Source: an uncultured Ignavibacteriaceae bacterium (GTDB taxonomy: Bacteria; Bacteroidota; Ignavibacteria; Ignavibacteriales; Ignavibacteriaceae). Taken from it: 64,000 bases of DNA. This document shows positions 19,088-27,947 of this stretch, in pieces. Location of the stretch: the NCBI GenBank assembly GCA_964372115.1, contig CAYJPN010000014.1, positions 15,068 through 79,067 on the forward strand, written 5' to 3'. The notes below the pieces were generated by a model, which was not told where the DNA came from, searched no databases, and was given only the letters and a program-made list of their open reading frames with translations. Positions within the stretch are counted from its first letter, which is position 1; every line of letters begins with the position of its first letter. The position numbers were made by a program, and so were the translations under genes.

Positions 19088-20575
19088 TTAAAGCGCATAA
19101 CTGACAGCAAGATGAATCAACATTGTCGACAGTTCACTTGTACTTCCGTTATATTCGTTTGCTATTAGGCTTGGATTAGTCGCAGTTAAAGTTTTATTTA
19201 ACGCTGTTTCGAAAGCTGCGTGAATAGTTAGCGGGGTTGAAACTTTATAACTGGCGCCAACTGTAATATGGCTTTCTACAATTGCCGGAAATATTGGAAA
19301 TATGGTGGTCTCCGGAACCGGATTGCTGCCGTAAGCATAACCAAGGCGTAATGTTAAATCGTTAGTAGCATTATACTCGCCGCCAACCTTTACAACAACT
19401 GAGTTTTTCCAGTTCATCGGAAAATCAATATTAAAATCCGCAGAGCCCATCATTGTATTGATGTTTGAATTGCTTCCGTTTGATAATTTAATTGTCATCT
19501 TATCAAAAGCATTTTCCCAATTTATCCATTCAACATCGGCGGCTAATTTTAAATTATCCGCGGCATTGTATGAAGCGCCGAAACCGATGGACTGAGGAAA
19601 AGTTAGATCAACCGATAAATCATAATTTGCAGCGACACCTTTTGACATATCGATACCCATACCGGCAAACTGAGCCATTACGGCTGCCTGAGCTTGCGCT
19701 TGAGTCATCCCGGGATTTTGTATCATTGCCCCCACCACAGCTTTACCAAAAGCGTCATTCAATTGGGCGGTCATATCCATGGAGGCTTTACCGTTTTTAT
19801 AAGTAAGAGCTGACGGCATTGTGTAGCTTAACCCTAACGAGAGTTGATCATTTACTTTGTAAGCAAAACCAATTTTTCCGTTAAAACCGATAGCAGTCAA
19901 CTCAGTCATTTTTGCTGTTGCTGTCACTTCGTCATATCCAAATCCGCCAGATGATGGAGGAGCCGCAAACATTTGTCCGAATATCATTCCTGGCATTGCA
20001 ACACCTTTCATAACCGATGGATCAAGAGAATAAGGTATACTGAATTCAAGCATACTGTAAACTAAATGTGCACTAACTCCAACCGAAAAATTTTCATTGA
20101 ATTTATATGCTGCTGTTAAACCACCCTGCATCGCTGCAAGCTTTGAATGATAATCTTGTAAGTTGTAGCTGCCATCCTGGTTTCTGTAAAGAGCGTGTTT
20201 TAATGAAAAGTCAGCGCCCATACCTCCCGAAGTAAAGAACCCGGCTCCCCAGCTAAAATTACTGTTTTTGTATTTATTCACATACGCTGCAGCCGGTAAC
20301 GGAAAAATATTTTTATCGCCGTCAACATCATTTAAATTATTTGTGAAGTGAACTGTTGGAAACATAAGTGCAATATTTACATCTACACATGATTGATTTA
20401 GAAAGGAGATGCCTGCCGGATTTGACATCATCAGATCGGGGCTATCGAATGTACCTATGCCTACCCCGGCACGCCCCATTGTCTTGGCGTTGAACCCTAA
20501 CATGCGTGTACCTGTCTGTGCAAAAGCAACAGAGGTTATTAAAACGAACATGAATATCGAACTTGTGAACTTCAT
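19088..20575 (-). CDS. Outer-membrane transport protein, OMPP1/FadL/TodX family
   Basis: Signal peptide, N-terminal hatch-like MGRAGVGIG..DSPDLMMSNPAGISFL, alternating beta-strand pattern over 495 aa. Confidence 0.75.
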   Translation of the reverse strand: MKFTSSIFMFVLITSVAFAQTGTRMLGFNAKTMGRAGVGIGTFDSPDLMMSNPAGISFLNQSCVDVNIALMFPTVHFTNNLNDVDGDKNIFPLPAAAYVNKYKNSNFSWGAGFFTSGGMGADFSLKHALYRNQDGSYNLQDYHSKLAAMQGGLTAAYKFNENFSVGVSAHLVYSMLEFSIPYSLDPSVMKGVAMPGMIFGQMFAAPPSSGGFGYDEVTATAKMTELTAIGFNGKIGFAYKVNDQLSLGLSYTMPSALTYKNGKASMDMTAQLNDAFGKAVVGAMIQNPGMTQAQAQAAVMAQFAGMGIDMSKGVAANYDLSVDLTFPQSIGFGASYNAADNLKLAADVEWINWENAFDKMTIKLSNGSNSNINTMMGSADFNIDFPMNWKNSVVVKVGGEYNATNDLTLRLGYAYGSNPVPETTIFPIFPAIVESHITVGASYKVSTPLTIHAAFETALNKTLTATNPSLIANEYNGSTSELSTMLIHLAVSYAL

Positions 20576-20622
20576 CTATTTCTCCATTATAGTTTGGTGA
20601 ATGTATTGAACATTATTTGTGT

Positions 20623-21037
20623 TTAATTATTTTTAAATTTCTTGCTAAAAAGAGCCAGACCAACGGACTCATCTAAAACAGATGGCATACTCATGTGATT
20701 CATAAAAGCCATCTTACCGGCATCCCGGAAATAGATATCCATTCTAAAAATTTCCCGCGGAGTGCTTACCTGCTTTCGTCCATCTTTTTGAACGATTAAA
20801 ACTTCAATCGGATATGCGGTTACATGGCCGATGCCGAAACAATTATTTCCCTTTGTTTCTCTTGCAGAACCCGCGGTGTGAAAAGATAATCCTTCCGTTT
20901 GTAGTCGTGTATTCCACTAGAACAGCGGCGGAATCAGGAGAATAAATTTGTCCGATAATTTTCCATTTTAAAACTTAGGGAAATTCAACATAGCGGTAGT
21001 CAATATCATCTTTAATGAATAAATTTTTTCGGCGCAT
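20623..21037 (-). pseudogene. Disrupted gene of about 138 codons (one in-frame TAA plus a frameshift), family unknown
   Basis: Strong RBS AGGAGG and an ATG at 21037. The reading gives MRRKNLFIKDDIDYRYVEFP*. The 3' part (..WNTRLQTEGLSFHTAGSARETKGNNCFGIGHVTAYPIEVLIVQKDGRK...KKFKNN*) lies in a different frame. 415 nt is not a multiple of 3, and no ORF of 60 aa or more is listed here. Confidence 0.55.
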
Positions 21038-21095
21038 TTGTTAATCCTCCTATTAAACTGCAAATAAGTATTTCTAATATTTTTTTTGATATTAA

Positions 21096-21554
21096 TTAAG
21101 TACTTCCCTTTATAAGATCCCTCAATTTGTCTTTAATACTCTCACAGTTTCCGAAACCAGAATAAACTTCACACTCTCTGCAAACTTTACCTTCGCAAAT
21201 ATTATTTTTGTGCTCCAGCATCCAGCAGGGTTTTGAATAACCGTTATATGCCTGACATGCCTTTTTTTCTTGAACCGGACAATTAATAATACCCCAACAT
21301 GGAATAAGTGAGAGCAGTTTTCTGACACCTTCTATACCAATTTTATCTTCTTTTAATACTTTTCTTATGCATCCAAGTCTTTCAAGGTCTTGGTCAGAGT
21401 AAAGTCTTTGTTTACTTTCTTTTTTAAAAGGGAGAATCAATCCCTCTCGTTCATACATTCTTAATGTATGAACTGAAATCTGGAGTAACCTTGCTGCTGT
21501 GCTAATTGTATAAACTGGTACCGATTTTGAGTTTATGTTGCTTGTTCCATTCAT
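21096..21554 (-). CDS. MerR-family transcriptional regulator with a Cys-rich C-terminal sensor domain (two PCW motifs)
   Basis: The N-terminal HTH (YTISTAARLLQISVHTLRMYEREGLILP) is typical of MerR. The C-terminal part, IPCWGIINCPVQEKKACQAYNGYSKPCWMLEHKNNICEGKVCRECEVYSGFGNC, contains ten Cys. Confidence 0.75.
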   Translation of the reverse strand: MNGTSNINSKSVPVYTISTAARLLQISVHTLRMYEREGLILPFKKESKQRLYSDQDLERLGCIRKVLKEDKIGIEGVRKLLSLIPCWGIINCPVQEKKACQAYNGYSKPCWMLEHKNNICEGKVCRECEVYSGFGNCESIKDKLRDLIKGST

Positions 21555-21573
21555 TTAATGTTTAATTTAATTG

Positions 21574-21593
21574 TTGATACCAACGAGTATCAA
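21574..21593. promoter_or_regulatory. Dyad TTGATAC-N6-GTATCAA in the merR-like / cargo-gene divergent region (candidate operator)
   Basis: Perfect 7-bp inverted repeat, 20 nt upstream of the MerR-like start codon. Confidence 0.3.
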
Positions 21594-21842
21594 CTTGCTT
21601 GCCAATTGCAAATGTCATCTATTCATTGTAAAAACGAAACAAAAAGCAATTACTTATGTCATCTGTGAGAATTGAAAAAAAAGAATTTCCTATTATTAAG
21701 ATAAAGAGGTTATAATCAATTATGGTCTTGCTTGTCAGACGTGATTATCGTCAAGTCGCAACACTAATAATATTTGCGCTATTGCAAACAATTAGCTCTA
21801 ACGTTATATTGCAAAAGATTTTTTATACTAAGGAGCACAAAA

Positions 21843-24245
21843 ATGGATTTATTTAAAACCTTGTTTATAACGTTATTTTTACTGACTTCGGTCGAAAGTT
21901 TTTCCCAACTCTCAGCGCCCGACCCGGAAGCAGTTTTTGGTGGGAGAATTAACGCTATTTCGGTTGTTCAAACCTCCGGCACTACTTCCAGGGTTTTTAT
22001 CTCAACGGAAAGTGCCAATTCAATTTTTTATTCTGATTTTACAACAAGCGGCTTACCTGTTTTCTCTCCATTTACTGTTATGCCCGGCGTGGGCGATGAT
22101 GATGGTTATGGAAGTAGTATAAGAACAATTGCCGCTGATGAAAACTCGGGTTATTTATTTTTTATAACTAATGATAATTTGTACAATACACATCCTTCAA
22201 CTTCAGCAGTTAATACTATATTTTCTCCCGGAGTTTCAGGTATGACGATCTATTCGGGTTATTTATTTTTTACAGAAAACAATTATTTGCGGTGGGGAAC
22301 TATAAACTCAACCACCGGGGCATTTACCGAAGATATAAATTCCCCTTTAACTTTACCATCAATGATGGGGGCTGCACAGTTGGTAGTAAATACCGCAAAC
22401 TTAAAATTATACATAACCGATCCCGCTCCTTCACCTATGATTCTTTACAAATCTTCATCAGATTATAATGCTCTAAATGGAACCACTTCTTTTACAGCGC
22501 TAACTACTGCTGCACTTGCCGGCACAACACAATGGACGGGTTTTGGCTGTGGACCCGACGGGACAATAATGTATAACGGAAATTTCGGAAGCGGGAAACA
22601 AATTGCTTTTTCAACCGATGATGGTGTTTCGTGGACAAATACTTCAACGGGTATTGGAGGAACCAGCGGACCTAATTTTGCTTACCAACAAAGCGGTACA
22701 GATTATATCGTCTATTTTGCAAAATGCTATTCAACTTTCAACACAACAACAAAAACTTTCGGAAGCTGGTCGGAGTTCGGCAACACAAGTTTCCAAACTC
22801 ATCCAAACGACGGCGCTGTTGCATCCGATCCGGTTAATCCTTCTATTGTATACCTAACCACCGATCAAGGAATCGGTGCATCAACAAACAGCGGGGCAAC
22901 AATATTTGAAATAGATAATGGAGTTGAAGCTGTACAGGTTAAAGACTTTGACATGAACGCCGGCAAAACCGATGCTTGGCTTGCTGCAAAATCCGGGGTG
23001 CGGTATGTATCCGGATTCAAAACAGTTCCGGTCTGGTCGAATGCAATGTTTCCAACCGGAGATGGCTCCCCTTATTATTCAGCCGAAATGGTAAAGGACA
23101 ATCCATATTCTGCTTATGTGGGTAATCTCCGAGTTTATAAAACTCAAGATAAAGGTAATAACTGGCTTCAGGTTTTTACAGCAGAAAATGCTCCGTACAA
23201 TTTCCCCGGTGTCGGCTCGCGTATAGAAGCTATTGAAGTTTATCCAGGTGATTCAAATTTAGTTGTATGCGGATACACAATTGGCGATCCGGCTGAAAGT
23301 GATTCATTACAGGGCGGATTTTTCTTCTCTACGGACGGTGGTGCTTCCTGGAATCAGCAATTACTAAAAGCCTCTTCCGGTTATTATGATGCCGATGTTA
23401 ATGATATAGTATTTACAACCGAAGGCGGAAATCCGGTGGCGTATATTGGCGTAACTTATGATAACACAATTACAATCGCAACCAGAGCCAGAAGTGTTTA
23501 CAGAGCCGAGTGGAACGGAACCACCTGGACGGTTAGAAACGATTTTGATGCTTCCTATACCAGCACCGGTTACCCTATAACAGCTACCATAATTGATCTA
23601 TTTGTTTCACAAACCGGCGACACTTTATTAGCGTGCGGAACAGATGCGGGGACAAATCATCCGATTTTATATTACAAAATACTTAGCGGCACAGCTCTTT
23701 GGACGCCATTTACAACATCAGGTTTTCCAGCATCATCGGGGAGAATTGGCAAGGCTGTTTCATTTGGTAAAGATACTGTTTACTGTGCAGTAGATAACGA
23801 AATTTATATGATGCATTTTGCAGGAAGTTCATGGACAAATGGTTTTGCTTATCCTGTGGGTACCGAAATAAATGTTCTTTATTTTGATGATCTGCTTGTT
23901 GGCACCGGTACAGGAATTTATGCACAAAATAATAACGGTGTTCTTCCCGTAAAAGAACAAAACGGTAATTCCAATCTTCCTGAGCGTTTTGAACTGCGAC
24001 AAAATTATCCGAATCCATTTAATCCCTCAACGATAATTTCATTTAGTCTGCCTTCCGATGGTTTTGTTTACCTTAAGGTATTTAATTTACTTGGCGAAGA
24101 AGTTAAAACGTTGATAAATGAAGAAAAATCGAAAGGTAATTACAATGTAACTTTTAATTCGGCTGATTTGCCAACTGGCTTATATATGTATAGACTTCAA
24201 TCTGGTAAATTTGTTCAAACAAAAAAGATGCTTCTTTTAAAATAA
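21843..24245 (+). CDS. T9SS cargo: BNR/Asp-box repeat beta-propeller protein with a C-terminal sorting domain
   Basis: Signal peptide from the ATG at 21843. Asp-boxes STDDGVSWTN, TQDKGNNWLQ, STDGGASWNQ. CTD RQNYPNPFNPSTIISFSLP...LKVFNLLGEEV...GLYMYRLQSG..QTKKMLLLK. Confidence 0.8.
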   Translation: MDLFKTLFITLFLLTSVESFSQLSAPDPEAVFGGRINAISVVQTSGTTSRVFISTESANSIFYSDFTTSGLPVFSPFTVMPGVGDDDGYGSSIRTIAADENSGYLFFITNDNLYNTHPSTSAVNTIFSPGVSGMTIYSGYLFFTENNYLRWGTINSTTGAFTEDINSPLTLPSMMGAAQLVVNTANLKLYITDPAPSPMILYKSSSDYNALNGTTSFTALTTAALAGTTQWTGFGCGPDGTIMYNGNFGSGKQIAFSTDDGVSWTNTSTGIGGTSGPNFAYQQSGTDYIVYFAKCYSTFNTTTKTFGSWSEFGNTSFQTHPNDGAVASDPVNPSIVYLTTDQGIGASTNSGATIFEIDNGVEAVQVKDFDMNAGKTDAWLAAKSGVRYVSGFKTVPVWSNAMFPTGDGSPYYSAEMVKDNPYSAYVGNLRVYKTQDKGNNWLQVFTAENAPYNFPGVGSRIEAIEVYPGDSNLVVCGYTIGDPAESDSLQGGFFFSTDGGASWNQQLLKASSGYYDADVNDIVFTTEGGNPVAYIGVTYDNTITIATRARSVYRAEWNGTTWTVRNDFDASYTSTGYPITATIIDLFVSQTGDTLLACGTDAGTNHPILYYKILSGTALWTPFTTSGFPASSGRIGKAVSFGKDTVYCAVDNEIYMMHFAGSSWTNGFAYPVGTEINVLYFDDLLVGTGTGIYAQNNNGVLPVKEQNGNSNLPERFELRQNYPNPFNPSTIISFSLPSDGFVYLKVFNLLGEEVKTLINEEKSKGNYNVTFNSADLPTGLYMYRLQSGKFVQTKKMLLLK

Positions 24246-24310
24246 ATTTATTTATTCTATTTTGAACACTCTCTAAACGGGATTGTTTATAAATAATATC
24301 CCTGTTAAAA

Positions 24311-24348
24311 AAGCTTGTCGAAATTAACTTCGGCAAGCTTTTCCTTTT
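24311..24348 (+). terminator. Rho-independent terminator
   Basis: AAGCTTGTCGAA / TTCGGCAAGCTT stem (one G-T pair) followed by TTCCTTTTATTT. Confidence 0.7.
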
Positions 24349-24755
24349 ATTTATACCTAACCTGGAAAAGCCCCCGTGGGGCGGGACAAGCAGAACCAAA
24401 TTATTTGAGACGGATTGAATGGTTGAATGAAAAACAATCATCCATTCCTCCGTTAGCTAACGGGTCATCATTCATGCTTTTTATTCGTTTAGTTTGCAAA
24501 TATTCTTCTATATATTACAAGATTTTAGATGTTAGGGTACTAATGAATGATGATAAATAATTGCATTATTGAAATTACCGCAATTTTAATTAGATTATTT
24601 TCGACCGCGCAATAGTTGCACAACCAAAACTATTTTAATATTTTTATGCCTCAGTTGAAAGACATATGCAAATAACTGTGCATGATTTTATAACAAGATT
24701 GTTCCCTCCCGGTTTTTATTTAAGGAAATAATCAACAATATAGTTGAGGTTTCAA

Positions 24756-27716
24756 ATGAAGATAAAATTTCTATTTGCGGCGTTCTGTTTCAGTGTAAAT
24801 GCTGCAACTGCGTTTACTCTGTTTACTTCTGATACTCAAAATATTATTTCTTTCCCAACTCAAACTCCGGCGGAAAATAACAACTCATCTTTCAGCAAAA
24901 TACTGAACAGCTTTTCATCAAACAAAATAACAATTGACGAAAAAATAAAATATTTCGCTTACGCAATGTTCGATGAGAAAAAATTACCCTATAGTTTTAA
25001 AAGTTCTATAAAAGAAAAATGCGGAAACTGGATTATTGAAACTATTAAAAGTTCATGGCAAGAGCTAAGCGCACAAACAAAAAATGAATTGGCAAAATAT
25101 GGTTTTCTGGAAGGCGGAATTCTTAGCAGACCGGATCTGCCGTTATTTAAAGAGACAACAAACTTTCGGATTCATTACTCCGCGACACCCGGGGATACAA
25201 ACGCGGTTCCGCCTGCTGACGGCGATGGGAATGGAATACCCGATTATGTTGACAGTGTAATGATCAATCTTGAGTTTGTCAGGTCGTTTGAATTAAATGA
25301 CATCGGTTTTATTGCTCCTCCACCGGATAGCGCACACGGAGGAAATTCAAAATACGATGTATATATTCAAAATATGAGTTTGTACGGACAGGTAGTACCC
25401 GAAACAAGTATCGGAGATAATCCAAATTCATCTGAAACGGAATTGAATGCTTATACAAGTTACATGCTTATCGAAAATAATTTTTTCGGATTCGCGAATA
25501 CAGGTTATGAAAATATAAGAGTCACACTGGCTCACGAGTATTTTCATTCCATTCAATTCGGCTACGACGGCTTTGAAGCGCTATGGTTAAAAGAAGGAAC
25601 CGCTTCATGGATTGAGGATGAGGTGTTTGATAATATTAACGATAACTACCAATACCTAACCAAATGGTTTAAAACCCCCTGGGTGTCACTTGATGCAGAT
25701 AATAACGCAGTATCAAATTCATCTTACTATTACGGAAGCTGGATTTTTTTTAGATATCTTTCCGAACATCTCGGCGCTTCCATTGTCAGGACTATTTGGG
25801 AAAAAAGTATCGATAACGACAGCTATTTAATGGACTTCAGTACTGTTGCAATTGAGCAAGCGCTAAATTCATATTTCACCACGTTTGCAGAGGAATTTCA
25901 TAATTATTCAATTGCAAATATCATTAAAAACATTTCCCCTTACGATTATGAAGAAGGGGCAAATTATCCTTCTATCACATCTACCAATAGTCTTTTTAAC
26001 ACCCAGCCTCTTAACGACTGGATAAACATGAGAGGCTGCTCTTATTTGAAAGTTGCAAAAGGATTTCCAAATAACAGCAGCGATTTTGTAAAAATAACTT
26101 TTACTCCAGGAAATCAAAATCCCGAATTTTCTGCGAGTGTTGTTACTCGTAAATCAGGTAATGTTGCAGTAAACCGTTTTTTCCCGGGGGTAAATTCTTT
26201 CACCCTAAGCCCGACGACTTTATATGACGATATTTGGGTTGTGGTTTCCAGTTTAACCACTGCTTCCAGAACTACAATCCAGTATGATTTTTCATTACAA
26301 CTCGAAAGAAGCAACTCATTAATACAATTATCAAATTTTAATACTACCGAATTAAAAAGCGGTCGAAATGTAATTGGCTGGTCGAATAGCTGGGATACTT
26401 TATGCGCTATAACATTCGATAATAAAAATTACAATGATGATAACATTCTCTATTTCGATCCGGCGCATTACTCCGCAGAGGTTGTAGCTGTAGAAGGCAG
26501 CCCGCAATATTGGTACTTGTATAGTTTCTCAAACGGTCTAAAGAAAAAATTAAATATTGCGCAATACGACACTGCTGTAACGGGTGATCCGCCATCTTTT
26601 TGGCTGGGCGCCTTCGATCATTATCCGCAAATCGACAGCGGATTTGTATGGGCTTCAGGTTATTTAAATGAGCCCGGCAAAGGAGAGGGATTGTATAAAA
26701 TTAATATTTCAAATTTGGCATATACCAAAATAAGCAACAACAGGTTAAACAGTAATGATGAACTTTTTGTTAGAGGTAAATCTGCTGCATGGGCATTTTA
26801 TGATGGCGGGCTTCTTAGAAAATTTTTCGAAAGTAAAAATGACGGCGTTAAAGAGATAAAATCATTCAATATTAACTCTTTCGATGGTGTAAATCTTTTG
26901 GGATATGATGACAACTTGATGGCATGGATTGAGGAAAAATGTATAGATTTAACTAACTGCTATGAAAAACTTGTTATTTTAAATACTGCTTCTGCCAGCA
27001 TTGTATTCACAGATTCAGTCTCCGGGAATTACAACAAAAAGCCTTTTTTCCCTTCACTAAAACTACACGGAAGTAATGTTGTTTATACAAGAAAAAATTC
27101 ATCGTTGGATTCAGTCTATTTCTACAGATGGAATCCGGTTTTAGGAAAAAAACAATTTGATACTTTCCCTGAAACCTGGACGTCATATAGGCAGATTGGG
27201 GCAATGAATATAATTTATACGGTTTTATACGACGGTCAAAAATTTATTTTCTATCATTTATTCGATGGTAAAAAGAATTATTATGAGCCCGGTTTAGGCG
27301 ATGGATGGGGCTTTTCGGATGTCGGGTTAACATATTCGCATCTTGTTTTTCTGGGTAAAGATTCAAATACATTAAGAAGTTTTGCATTTCTAAAAGAAGT
27401 ATCAACCATTGTCACAGACGCTCACATTCTCAATCTCCCCTCGCCTGGCACTTTTATTCTGAAACAAAATTATCCTAACCCGTTTAACCCTGCCACAAAA
27501 ATAGAATACCGTTTGCAACGTGATGATCATATTACATTAAAAATTTACGACATACTCGGAAAAGAAATTGTTACACTTGTTGACGAAAGTAAACCGGCTG
27601 GGAATTACAATCTAAGCTTTAACGCATCAAAATATTCTCTGGCTAGCGGGGTATATTTTTATAAGTTAAAGATCGGAGAGACTGTACAGGTTAAGAAGAT
27701 GTTGTTATTAAAATAG
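24756..27716 (+). CDS. T9SS cargo: putative HExxH zinc metalloprotease with a C-terminal sorting domain
   Basis: Signal peptide from the ATG at 24756. LAHEYFHSIQ (HExxH) follows a NFRIHYS...GNGIPDYVD region. CTD KQNYPNPFNPATKIEYRL...LKIYDILGKEI...GVYFYKLKIG..VKKMLLLK. Confidence 0.7.
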   Translation: MKIKFLFAAFCFSVNAATAFTLFTSDTQNIISFPTQTPAENNNSSFSKILNSFSSNKITIDEKIKYFAYAMFDEKKLPYSFKSSIKEKCGNWIIETIKSSWQELSAQTKNELAKYGFLEGGILSRPDLPLFKETTNFRIHYSATPGDTNAVPPADGDGNGIPDYVDSVMINLEFVRSFELNDIGFIAPPPDSAHGGNSKYDVYIQNMSLYGQVVPETSIGDNPNSSETELNAYTSYMLIENNFFGFANTGYENIRVTLAHEYFHSIQFGYDGFEALWLKEGTASWIEDEVFDNINDNYQYLTKWFKTPWVSLDADNNAVSNSSYYYGSWIFFRYLSEHLGASIVRTIWEKSIDNDSYLMDFSTVAIEQALNSYFTTFAEEFHNYSIANIIKNISPYDYEEGANYPSITSTNSLFNTQPLNDWINMRGCSYLKVAKGFPNNSSDFVKITFTPGNQNPEFSASVVTRKSGNVAVNRFFPGVNSFTLSPTTLYDDIWVVVSSLTTASRTTIQYDFSLQLERSNSLIQLSNFNTTELKSGRNVIGWSNSWDTLCAITFDNKNYNDDNILYFDPAHYSAEVVAVEGSPQYWYLYSFSNGLKKKLNIAQYDTAVTGDPPSFWLGAFDHYPQIDSGFVWASGYLNEPGKGEGLYKINISNLAYTKISNNRLNSNDELFVRGKSAAWAFYDGGLLRKFFESKNDGVKEIKSFNINSFDGVNLLGYDDNLMAWIEEKCIDLTNCYEKLVILNTASASIVFTDSVSGNYNKKPFFPSLKLHGSNVVYTRKNSSLDSVYFYRWNPVLGKKQFDTFPETWTSYRQIGAMNIIYTVLYDGQKFIFYHLFDGKKNYYEPGLGDGWGFSDVGLTYSHLVFLGKDSNTLRSFAFLKEVSTIVTDAHILNLPSPGTFILKQNYPNPFNPATKIEYRLQRDDHITLKIYDILGKEIVTLVDESKPAGNYNLSFNASKYSLASGVYFYKLKIGETVQVKKMLLLK

Positions 27717-27816
27717 TATCATATAACCTAAACTTTAAATAATTATCTTCATCATGTAGTTAGGATGAATGAATTGAAAATATTAAATTATTTGCAGCCT
27801 CTTTTTATTGCATTAG

Positions 27817-27897
27817 AAAACACATAACGCGGCAAGCCGCAAGTAAAAAGTTAAAAGTTAAAAGGGAAAACATAAAAAATATTTTGACATAAAAAAC
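27817..27897 (+). repeat. Intergenic repeat element, copy A
   Basis: CATAACGCGGCAAGCCGCAAGTAAAAAGTTAAAAGTTAAAAG..CATAAAAAATATTTTGACATAAAAAA. Closely related copies lie at 61505-61570 and, partially, at 38705-38753. Confidence 0.75.
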
Positions 27898-27947
27898 AAA
27901 AACTTTATTTCGAATACTATAACAACATACATAATTTTGGAGTTCTC

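Noticed and set aside
27884-27889. The TTGACA box of the repeated element as a functional -35 promoter hexamer
   Set aside because: No acceptable -10 lies at 16-18 nt in copy A. Copy B (61558-61563) points into the 3' ends of two convergent genes, so a promoter role is not supported for the family as a whole.
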